A DNA stretch of 64,000 nucleotides. Source: the human T2T-CHM13v2.0 reference genome, Homo sapiens. Each line of letters starts with the position of its first letter. The first letter of the stretch is position 1. The notes under the pieces were generated by a model. The model searched no databases. It was not told the DNA's origin and was given only the letters and a program-made list of their open reading frames with translations. Position numbers and translations under genes: made by a program. Where the stretch lies: assembly GCF_009914755.1 (NCBI RefSeq), contig NC_060927.1, one strand, 5' to 3'. Below, in pieces: positions 1-11,282 of this stretch.

Positions 1-467
1 TATTGACACATTATTCACAATCGCAAAGACATGGAATTGGTCTAGGTGCCCATCAATGGTGGATTGGATTTTTTAAAAAGTGGTACATATACACTATAGA
101 ATACTACACAGCCATAAAAAAGAATAAAATAATGTTCTTTGCAGTGACATAATGCAGTGGAGACCATCATCTTAAGTAAATTAACACAGAAACAGAAAAA
201 CAAGTACCTCATAGTCCCATTTATAAGTGGGAGCTACACACTGAGCACACATGGACATAAACATGAGAACAACAGACACTGGGGAATACAAGACGGGGGA
301 GAGGGAGGCAGGGATGGGGGCATGGGTAGAAATGATCCCTATTGGGTACCATGCTCATTAGCTGGGTGACAGGATCCATACCCCAAACGTCAGCATCACA
401 CAATATACCCATGTAAAAAACCTGCACATGTACCTCCTGTATCTAAAAGTTGAAATTTAAAAAAAAG
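1..467 (+). mobile_element. L1 3' end (L1PA15/16-like)
   Basis: ORF2 C-terminal relic (ETIILSKLTQKQK), L1 3'UTR and A tail. Confidence 0.85.
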
Positions 468-560
468 AATTACCTGATATTTTATCATCAATTTTAATTT
501 ACATGTTGTTTTTCCTCCCCCACTAGAATGTAAGCTCCATGAGAGCAGGAATTTTCTCTT

Positions 561-855
561 TTTTTCTTTTTTTTTTTTTCTGAGACAGAGTTTCACTCAG
601 TCGCCCAGGCTGGAGTGCAGTGGCATGATCTCAGTTCACTGCAACCTCCACCTCAAGTGAGTCTCCTGCCTCAGCCTCTGGAATAGCTGGGATTACAGGT
701 GCATGCCACCACGCCTGGCTATGTTTTTGTATTTTTAGTAGAGATGGGGTTTCACCTTCTTGGCCAGGCTGGTCTCAAACTCCTGACCTCAGGTGATCTG
801 CCTGCCTCGGCCTCCCAGAGTGCTGGGATACAGGCGTGAGCCACTGCACCCAGCC
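561..855 (-). mobile_element. AluS inserted in an L2 3' fragment (about 500-930)
   Basis: Alu consensus on the minus strand; TSD CAGGAATTTTCTCTT at 546 and 856. Confidence 0.93.
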
Positions 856-1029
856 CAGGAATTTTCTCTTTTTGCTTTTGCCAAATGTCCAATGCCTACA
901 AGACAGCCTTGCACATAGTGGTCATTCCATCCACTTGCTCTTACGCATTTGTATAATAACAACTACTATTGGTTAACAAACTTTTCAGAAACCTTGCTGT
1001 TTTTATGTTTAACATAAAACACTGTTTTA

Positions 1030-1180
1030 TTTTAGCCCTCATAATAACCTCAGTGGCAGAGGAATTCCCAATTCACAGTGGAGAAGAGTAAGACTCAAGT
1101 AATTGCCAAAGGTCCACAACTAGTAAATGACAAAACCTAAATTCAAATCCAGATTTGGCTAATCCACATTTCGCTTCCAA
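1030..1180 (-). mobile_element. MIR fragment
   Basis: Similarity to the MIR core (AAGGTCCACAACTAGTAAATGACAAAACC...TTCAAATCCAG). Confidence 0.6.
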
Positions 1181-2487
1181 TTATCATACTGTAATAAAAG
1201 ATTAAATAATTCAGCATTGTAAAAATTCAAAAATGGACACAAAACATGCATGGTGTACAAAAGAATCACTGTTCAAAAATTACTAGTCTGATGGGTGGGT
1301 GGGGTGTTAGCATATGGAAAGCATCCCTAAATAATGAATTCTGTTTCAGAAGCATAGTGTTGCAGAGTATTCAACAAGAGAACATAGCGTTAATGTCCCA
1401 GAATAACTTAAAAAGGACCATGCAGTTCCTATGAATGCACAGTAACACCCATCCCAACTCATTTGGGCTCCTTTCAGCATTATGGGTCTATGGTTAAGCA
1501 ATGTTAATGAAGAATGTTTGTTGCCTAAAATCAAGTAACACAACCATATAATAACTTGTCTTTATTATATAAACAATATTTTAAGACTCCAAGAATTATA
1601 GACTTATAAAATGTTTAAGAGACCTGAGAAATCACCTAGAAATTTTTTCCAAAGTAATAATTTATTCTATGATCTAGACTCCTCCAGAGACAAATTTGTA
1701 CACATCTTGGGTGGGAGTCCCTTCCGTTGCAATATACTCGAATGGGAAGCAGCCATCACTGGATATAAGTAATTTAGGTAGATTACACTCAATTTACTAA
1801 AACTCCCTCAGAAAATAGAGACAAATCCACATTTTCCATGTACTTAAACTATTTTTTACCCAAACTCACAAGAGAAATTTAATGTGAAAAGATCGGCTAT
1901 ATTGATTGATCCAGGAGACACTTGGCGCTTCCCAGAAGAATGAGACTGATGAAAAGGAAACATTGCTTTGATATTTATTAGGAAATGAATGGACTGATTT
2001 ATAGGGAAAGTCTCAGGATTGGTATATTTTATTTTCAAAAGATGATGGGCAGTATAATTAGAGATCAAAAGTAAAGCTTTTGCGAAATCCATTGGTGCGT
2101 GGTCAGGGAGTACGATGCAGAGATCTATAATTTTTAGTATTAATATCTTTATGAGTGATAGCAAGGCCCTACTCAGGACAGTAACTGCAGTTTCATGAAA
2201 ATAAGACAAGATGACAAATGCAGACATATAATAAAGAGTTAATGTGGTATAGGAGAAGAAACATTGAATTTGGATTGGTAAAGAATTTAGAGCCAGAAGG
2301 TTTGAGTTCTTTTCTAGTTTTAACATTTCCTTATCTCTAAAATGGTGATGATAACCTAACACACAGTGTTACTGCAGAAATCAAATGAAATAGTTCAGGC
2401 AAAAAGGCACATATATAAGTAGTGTACACAAATTAAATGTTTCTCCCAATAGATATCAAGGTCCTCAAAACAAGAATTAATCTTATC

Positions 2488-2992
2488 TTTTTTCTATTTT
2501 TCCATAAGTTATTGGGGTACAGGTGGTGTTTGGTTACATGAGGAAGTTCTTTAGTGGTAATCTGTGAGATCCTGGTGCATCTATCACTCAAACAGTATAC
2601 ACTGCACAATATGTTGTCTTTTATCCCTTGCCCCTCTCCCACTCTTCCCCCTCAAGTCCCCAAAGTCCATTGTATCATTCTTATGCCTTTGCATTCTCAT
2701 AGCTTAGCTCCCACATATCAGTGAGAACATAAGATATTTGATTTTCCATTCCTGAGTTACTTCACTTAGAATAATAGTCTCCAATCTCATCTAGGTCATT
2801 GCAAATGCTGTTAATTCATTCCTTTTTACTGCTGAGTAGCATTCCATTGTGTGTATATATATATACCACAGTGTCTTTATCCACCTGTTGACTGATGGGC
2901 ATTTGGGTTGGCTCCATGATTTTGCCATTGTGAATTGTGGTGCTATAAACATGCATGTGCAAGTATCTTCTTCAAATAACTTCTTTTCCTCT
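2488..2992 (-). mobile_element. L1PB-type 3' end
   Basis: TTTCCATAAGTTATTGGGGTACAGG 3'UTR; ORF2 relic EDTCTCMFIA..WSQPKCPS. Confidence 0.85.
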
Positions 2993-3135
2993 AATCTCAA
3001 ACTCACAGAAAAATCTGATAAATGTTTGGTGTGTAAATGAAAGACTACCCAGAAACCACATCAAGAAAATGACCATTCTGATGGCATGCATGGTTGGAAA
3101 AAATGGATATTATAATATGTAAATATAAACTTAAA

Positions 3136-3450
3136 GGCTGGGCCTGGTGGGTGGCCAGGTGCGGTGGCTCACGCCTGCAATCCCAGCACTTTGGGAGGCC
3201 AAGGCAGGTGGATCAGTTGAGGTCAGGAGTTTGAGACCAGCCTGGTCAACATGGTGAAACCTCATCTCTGCTAAAAATACAAAAATTGGCCAGGCGTGGT
3301 GGTGCACGCCTGTAATCCCAGTACTGGGGAGGCTGAGACAGGAGAATCACATGAACCAGGGAGGCAGAGGTTGCACTGAACCAAGATTGTGCCACTGCAC
3401 TCCAGCCTGGGTGACAAGAGAGACTCTGTCTCAAAACAACAACAACAAAA
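3136..3450 (+). mobile_element. AluS with an extra 5' head
   Basis: Dimeric Alu with (AAC)n tail. Confidence 0.92.
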
Positions 3451-3909
3451 CCTTGAAAACATTTATGTTAAAGTAAAAAAACACACAAAATATAAATCAA
3501 TCAGATACATATTTATAAATATATTCATTCTATATGTATAATATAAACATGTATATATATGGTTTAATAGTTCAAATGTATTGTGTAAACAGAAGATATA
3601 CGTGAACTGTGATCATTTAGTGGAACTAATCACTGTCATAGTACCTAAAATTCACTGAAGTAAAAAACAAATTTCTACTCGGGGTGATGATCTAACTTAG
3701 CATGCTCACTGCAGTATGTTTCTATTACTGCCAAATATTTGTTCACATCCAATTACTCTTTAGCATCCCTTCCTGGATGTGGTTTAAATTTTGTTTACAA
3801 TGTAAAAATCTTACTATCAAAGTCAATGTCCTCACTTTGACAACTTTGGGGAGCATATCAATTTTATAAATAAAAACTCTGTGAAGATAACTGAAGAAAG
3901 ATGAGTTAC

Positions 3910-4035
3910 CTGGGTCTGTAGAGGCAATAGCAAAGATGTTTAGTTTTAACTCTCTTGGCTTGAATGAATATTCTCATCCATGGGTTAAAATACAGAACAG
4001 ATGTGTAGGCTCTGAATGACCACCTCGCTGGGAAA
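3910..4035 (-). CDS. MORC1: MORC1 exon 9 ([43 protein letters not shown]); the gene continues beyond position 1
   Basis: TTTCAG acceptor, AG|GTAACT donor, 126 nt, phase 2-2; SFRAYxSVLY is a MORC-family motif. Confidence 0.96.
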
Positions 4036-5718
4036 CTGAAATAGAAAATACAAAATGTCACAATACAGAGGACACAACAACTACATCTCTTTGAGAAGAA
4101 ATAACATCAGACTATCAGGTTATTATTGTTACTTACAAGAAGCTTCAAGAACTTTTCTTCTAAAACTAATGACACCACAAACACCAGCAAATATCACAAC
4201 ACTCACTTCATTAAGGAGGCCTCTAAACACAAGGCCCAACACAAATAACCTACACTTTGGTTACAACTGAACTTTTGTTGGCAACCAACTTATTCTAAGT
4301 AGACTTATAACAGCAATCTAAAATATACTTTCCATTAAAGCTGTTGACCTAGGAGAACAAAGTCAAGTCAAATCAACAAAACAATCCCTCGTTCAAACAT
4401 AACAAAAAGAATCTAGGCTCACATGAATAAAAAGCATTCCCATTAAGTCCTTATAAACAGAGAAATACAGTAAAAATGTTTCATTTGCTTTCAAAATTAT
4501 GAACAAGAAACATAAAACTTCATTCCATAAGTGCAATAAGTATTAAAATAAGTATTTATGGCCAGCTGAGGGGAAGCATCTGACCACACGATAATGAAAA
4601 AGGAGAAAAGAGAAAAATAAAGAATCGGAAGGCAATAAAACGGAAGCAAAACCAACATAAATAGCCTATGAAGAAAACTACCCTTGTAAAGCTGCATTTT
4701 GGGAAATCGCCATGTCATTGTATACTTATAACTCCAGGGAACTTCTATATTAAAGTCCGTTTATGAACTGTAAATCCTCTCCAATAAGATAGGAAATAAA
4801 GATCCACAACAAGCCCAGCCATGCTGAAGAAGCGATGCTCTTTACTACTCGGTCACAGAAAAGGCTACTCCACAAGGTCAAATGGAAAGCAGAAAGCAGT
4901 AAACCCATCATTTTTACACTTGTATCTCAGTCCAGAATAAGACAAAGATGATGGGAAAAAAAAAAATGTGAAGCCCGTCTAAAGGGGAACTACTCAACAG
5001 GTTAACATTATTGCCAGTAACTCAGTAAGACAGGCAGAGCTCCAAGGAATTTTCAAAAATGAAGATGAAGCCATAAGAAATTCAAGAATTGCCTGGTTGG
5101 TTTTAAGTTCCTTCAGGCAGGATCTGAAGCTCATTAAAAAGTCAGGAATTCATCTTAATTGTTCCAAAGGAAATTCTCTTAAATAAGTCTTGAGCAGAAT
5201 TTTCCCAGTATAAATTACATATTAGTATCTAGTCCATCACTCTTATTCCCTAAATATTAATACTAGTGTATTTTTTAATGTAACAAGATAGGCTGTCTGT
5301 ATTCGAGTGTTGCACTACAAATACAATAATGTGGCTGCTTTTAGTATACCCAGAACTGCACAATTAAGTATGTCCTCACCTGATAAAAGAAACGGAAAGA
5401 AGTTACCTTGGGATGCTTGCCATTGTTTAAATCCTTTCTGGATCTCCTGATGTTAAATTGCTCTTGTAGCTCTTTCTTCTGACTCTCTTCAAAACTGATA
5501 CGTCTTTATCATTTGAAGGTAAAAAAGTCAAAAGTAATTCAGAGCCAACTTTGAGAATTTGAGAAATATGGTGAGAGATAAAACCAGCTAAACATATATA
5601 TACACACACACATATATGTGTGTATATATATACATGAACACTAATACTTCTACCTTTTAATAGCTCAATTTATTCACTCATTCAGTAACTAGTTATAGGT
5701 AAATATTCATAGCATGCA

Positions 5719-6281
5719 TGTTGGGGATCTTCAAGGTCTCCCCTATGTTAGGAGATTCACTGGAAGGACTCATGGGCCTTAGCACACAATTGTACTCATG
5801 CCTTCGACATCACAGTGCTGCAGTGAGGACACACAGTGGCTGACAAGGGAAAAAAAATAGGTGGAGTCTGGAGGAATCTGTCTGCTAGCTTTCCTACATT
5901 CTCTCCTTCTCATGAAAGTTCACATACAGCATAATTTTCTCAAAGCTATAAAAATGCAGCAACATGTGTGTGATGTTTCCATCTAGGATAGCTTATTAGA
6001 GACTTAGCATCCAAGGTTTTTATTGGGAAGCTAGCCACACAGGCACCTTCAGCCCAGCATGTAGCGAAGTTCCAGAGTCCCAGAAGGAGAGGAGGTTTGC
6101 ATATAAGCCATATGGTTTGCATATCTAGACACAGCAAGCCACTGTTATCAGCTAGGAAAGGTTTTATGTCATTGTAGGAAACTGTTTACCAGGCAAGTTC
6201 CCAAAAGCTGGCCACAGACCAATTTTGCAAGCAAGCCTTTCTAAGAATAGACACCTGCTATGTTAACCCTTTTCTCTCACA
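5719..6281 (-). mobile_element. MER68-like solo LTR (ERVL)
   Basis: TG...CA ends; the reverse complement starts TGTGAGAGAAAAGGGTTAACATAGCAGG, like the MER68 consensus. Confidence 0.7.
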
Positions 6282-6429
6282 TGCCTACTTTTAGAAGTTC
6301 CTGTTTATTTGTGACAAAAAGAAGGGTACTACCTCTTATTTGTGATGCTTTTAATAAAAAGAAGGCAAAGAGGGCTAAATATAAAACCTGTAAGTGAAAT
6401 GGGCCACGTCATTATAAACGTCAAACTTT

Positions 6430-6845
6430 TTAATGTGATGCATAAGATCCTTCATGGTCTGACCCCCGCTTAATTCTCCAGTCTCATCTCTTGTCTTCAG
6501 CCTGGCCATTTAGGACCATTCTCAGTTCTCCAGCCATGCAATCAGGCTTTCTTATCCCCAAGGCTGGCATATTCAGTTCTTCAGCCACTCTTGCTTGGCG
6601 CACCCCTTTTCACCCTGCGGTATACAACTTGAAACTGCACTTCCTTTCGAAGCCTTCCCTCAGCCCCGAGAGAGATGAAGTGCTCTCCTTTGTGCTCCCC
6701 TCCTTCTGTACTTCCCGCCGTCAAGGCACCTGCCACTCAGTGCTGTCATCCTCTGTCTATGCATCTGCATCCCCAACTGGCTGTGAGATCCATGAAGCTA
6801 GCGCTCTCATCAATAAAAATATGTTGAATAAATGACAATCATTCA
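6430..6845 (+). mobile_element. L2 3' fragment
   Basis: L2-type end CAATAAAAATATGTTGAATAAATGA. Confidence 0.6.
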
Positions 6846-7212
6846 GGACTTCCCTGGCTTAATTTGGAATAAACAACAGAGGTTCCTTATGTATGACGGA
6901 TTATCTTCAATGGCAATGCTACCACTCTTTACAAATAAAGCCGTCCACTTAGGAAAGGGAGATAAAAACATGCTAAATCGTCAGGATATCTTCAGAAGAT
7001 GAAAGGAAAAAATACTATTACTCCACACTCACCAGGAACTGTTTCCATGTATTCTTCAAGAGTATTTCTTCCTGTTTCCTTCTAAATACCTTTGTTTCCT
7101 GTCTCCTTACACTTTGTCAGAAGTGTCCATATCTCTATCTTTCTCTCTCATTTTCTATGTAACTGGCTACGATAAGAAACTGAAGAAAGGAAGAGACAGA
7201 ACAATCTCCCTC

Positions 7213-7249
<37 letters not shown>

Positions 7250-7264
7250 ACACACACACACACA
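7213..7264. repeat. (CA)n microsatellite, about 25 units
   Basis: Seen directly. Confidence 0.95.
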
Positions 7265-9649
7265 GTCACAGGACAGATGTGGGGAAAGAGGAGAGTATTT
7301 CAAGGCAGAAACTGGCTTCATAGTCTGTGGATATAATAGGAGGGCATGGAGTAGAATCAATGCTTTTGTCCCCTGCTCAGCACTGGGTATTCTTAACAGT
7401 CTCTAATTTAGCCCCTACCTGTGGCTGTGCTTTCTGTGTGGCCTCTTGCTTCTCCCAATCTGTCCACAGTATTCTGCTGCTGTTTTAAATGCTGCTCCAT
7501 GTGCCATGCATCATGGGTGGATCAATGTGTTGCAGTCATCAAACTGTGTTAAGGGCAGTGAAGGAGCCAGAAACTAATGTTCTGTGGCTAAGGCCATAGC
7601 TCCTTATCTGCTGATTCAGATTCTCTGTGGCTGGAGTCTGGAAACGTGAGGTTTTTAAAGCTACCCAGGTGATTCCTTTGATTCTGCCACTTTGATTGGA
7701 CACCACTGCCTACCTGACCTAGTGGACAGGGTAGTATGTAAGGCAGGTTGCCACAAAGAGGGGAGGAGAACAGTCTCTCACAGGTGTTTGGACCTAGACA
7801 CGAGCTGAGAAATACAACTCCTCCATTATTCACACTGGGCACACAGACAACAGACCCCCATCTAGCCCAACAACTGGGCTACTTTTCCTGGATTGAGAAA
7901 ATGACTCTAAACTGCAGACTACATTAGGTCCCTTTTGCAATATCTCAGAAGTGCCATATTTTTATTCGTGAAAATATTACATAACCAAAATTGTTTTCTA
8001 AATTACTCAAGTCCTTACAAAATCTCTGAAGACTTTTTGAAGTTGAAATTAACAGGGTTTGTATTATCTTGAATATAAACAAGTGCATAAAGATTTTTAA
8101 CTAGTTTAAATTCTGAACTTTGAAGGGGGTAACCAAATTTAATATTAGGGTAGATTAAACCTATGAGAAATGTCAACTCGAAGAGGTAATTTTTTTAAAA
8201 AAGTTATAAGCTACACAAAGTAATGAAAGTGTTTCTTTTGTGACAACCACAGTATGGCAAGCAGCACATTAGAACAATTTGAAGCTATAACTTTTGATGT
8301 GTTCCTGGGCAGCTCAGTTAAGACATAAAAAGTAGAGACATGGAATGCTGCCCAATGACTGTCAATTTAGAAACATGCTGGCAACGTGGCACCTAATTTT
8401 AAAACATTACTTAGCACAAAATTTCAACTGCATTACTCTGTATTATATCATCACTCTCAGAGCTGTTTTTTGGATGGGTTTTTCTAGCTGCCTGAGATCG
8501 ATCCCGAGCCATGGCGGATTTCAGGGATGTGGCAAGCCCCTTTGATGACAGCCAATTGCATGGCATGCCTTTTTTACTAGGGGCTGTGCTTTTTTCTAGT
8601 TTCTTACAAAGTTGAGTGATTAATATTTGTAATGTTTTGAAGATAGTTAAGTCACTGAAAGCAACATGAGCACACAAAAATAATATGAAAAAGAGACAAG
8701 GTGAAATGGACACATGGTCCTCACCTCCAAAAAAGGAATCAAGAAAGATGATATAAGGGGTGATCTGGCCTTCACAGTTTGGAACTTGAAAGAGATTTCA
8801 AAGGTAACAGAAGTACTTTACAAAATCTTTTAAATTCCCTCTCTCACCCTAATGAAGATCTCCAATGATCTTTAAGGATGAAGGACAATGGAACTGACAT
8901 CGAGAGTCTAAACACCTTACAGTGAAAGCATTTGTCATGTCCTTAGAAAATTATCTAGACATTGACATTCAAATCAATTTACTTGAATGTAATTCATTTT
9001 TTATTTGCTATGTACCAGACACTGACTTACTTTCCACAGCATGATAGTAAGCTAGAAAGAGGTGTTGTAGGAAAAAGTAGAATGAGGGGAATTGTGGGGA
9101 TTACTAAAATGTACAGAGATTTTCCATTTGCCTGGTACTGTGCCTGTTCTATTTAAACAGCTTCCATATGAAGTAGATGATGTTATAGCCTTATTTTATA
9201 GATGGGAACAGAGAATTTTGGAGACTGAAGATAACTTGCCACTAGAATTAAAGCTCTCCCAACAGAACTCAAGTCACTCGATGGCATATCAACCTAGAGT
9301 TCTGGTCTCTTCAATTTGCTCCTACAGAACTGAATTCAAAGATCTGATGTCCATGTTTTCTAGTTCTATACATACGTCACTGTACAAAATAAGTCATATG
9401 GCAGTAGACAATCAATATCTCCCAGCCATTCAATTACACCTAATGTCTCTGCTGATAGATCATGCCATTATGTAAAAGAATATCCTTTTGGAAAAATGAA
9501 GACATTTACAGAATCAGGCTAGTAGACTAAGAATACATATTATTCTCCTGCTGAAATTCAAGGAAGACTATTAATAGTGTGAAGAATAAGAAAACTATAT
9601 GACCCACTGACAGACACACAATGGGAATTATTAAAAGTTAAGAGAAAAT

Positions 9650-11265
9650 ATTTGCCCATGCCTACGTCCTGAATGGTATTGCCTAGGTTTTCCTCTAGAG
9701 TTTTTATGGCTTTAGGTCTTATGTTTAAGTCTTTAATCCATCTTAATTTTTATATAAGGTGTAAGAAAGGGGTCCAGTTTCAGTTTTCCGCATATGGCTA
9801 GCCAATTTTCCCAACATCATTTATTAAATAGGGAATCCTTTCCACATTGCCTGTTTTTGTCAGGTTTGTCAAAGATCAGATGGTTGTAGATGTGTGACAT
9901 TATTCCTGAGGCCTCTGTTCTGTTCCACTGGTCTATATATCTGTTTTGGTACCAGTACCATGCTGTTTTGGTTACTGTAGCCTTGTAGTATAGTTTGAAG
10001 TCAGGTAGCATGATGCCTCCATTGTTCTTTTTGCCTAGGATTGTCTTGGCTATATGGGCTCTTTTTTTGGTTCCATATGGAATTTAAAATAGTTTTTTTT
10101 TTATTCTGTGAAGAAAGTCAATGGTAGCTTGATGGGGATAGCATTGAATCTATAAATTACATTGGGCAGTATGGCCATTTTCATGATATTGATTCTTCCT
10201 ATCCATGAGCATGGAATGAAAACACCAAAAGCAATGGCGACAAAAGCCAAAATTGACAAATGGGATCTAATTAAACTAAAGAGTTTCTGCACAGCAAAAG
10301 AAACTATCATCAGAGTGAACAGGCAACCTACAGAATGGGGGGAAATTTTTGCAATCTATCTATCTGACAAAGGGCTACTATCCAGAATCTACAAGGAACT
10401 GAAACAAATTTACTAGAAAAAAACAACCCCATCAAAAAGTGGGCAAAAGATATGAACAGACACTTCTCAAAAGAAGACATTTATGTGGCCAACAAACGTA
10501 TGAAAAAAAGCTCATCATCACTGGTCATTAGAGAAATGCAAATCAAAACCACAAAGAGATACCATCTCACGCCAGGTAGAATGGCAATCATTAAAAAGTC
10601 AGGAAACAGATACTGGAGAGGATGGGGAGAAATAGGAACACTTTTACACTGTTGGTGAGACTGTAAATTAGTTCAACCATTGTGGAAGACAGTGTGGCAA
10701 TTCCTCAAGAATCTAGAACCAGAAATACCATTTGACCCAGCAATCCCATTACTGGGTATACACCCAAATAATTATAAATTATACTACTATAAAGACACGT
10801 GCACACGTATGTTTATTGCAGCACTATTCACAATAGCAAAGACTTGGAACAAACCCAGATGCTTATCAATGACAGACTGGATAAAGAAAATGTGGCACAT
10901 ATACACCATGGAATACTATGCAGCCATAAGAAAGGATGAGTTCATGTCCTTTGCAGGGACATGGATGAAGCTGGAAACCATCATCCTCAGCAAACTAACA
11001 CAGAAACAGAAAACCAAATACCACATGTTCTCACTCATAAGTGGGAGCTGGACAATGAGAACGCATGGACACAGGGAGGGGAACATCACACACCAGGGCC
11101 TGGCGGGGGATCGGGGACTAGGGGAGGGATAGCATTAGGAGAAATACCTAATGTAGATGACAGGTTGATGGGTGCAGCAAACCACCATGGCATGTGTATA
11201 CCTATGTAACAAACCTGCAAGTTCTGCACATGTATCCCAGAACTTAAAGTATTAAAAAAAAAAAA
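9650..11265 (+). mobile_element. 5'-inverted (twin-primed) L1PA, about L1PA6-7
   Basis: ORF2 on the minus strand 9650-10218, then sense from 10219 to polyA; 17-bp TSD AAAAGTTAAGAGAAAAT at 9633 and 11266. Confidence 0.93.
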
Positions 11266-11282
11266 AAAAGTTAAGAGAAAAT

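Noticed and set aside
1856-2362. 168-aa hydrophobic minus-strand ORF in intron 9
   Set aside because: Starts in a MIR, has AT-rich composition and does not resemble the expected MORC1 continuation
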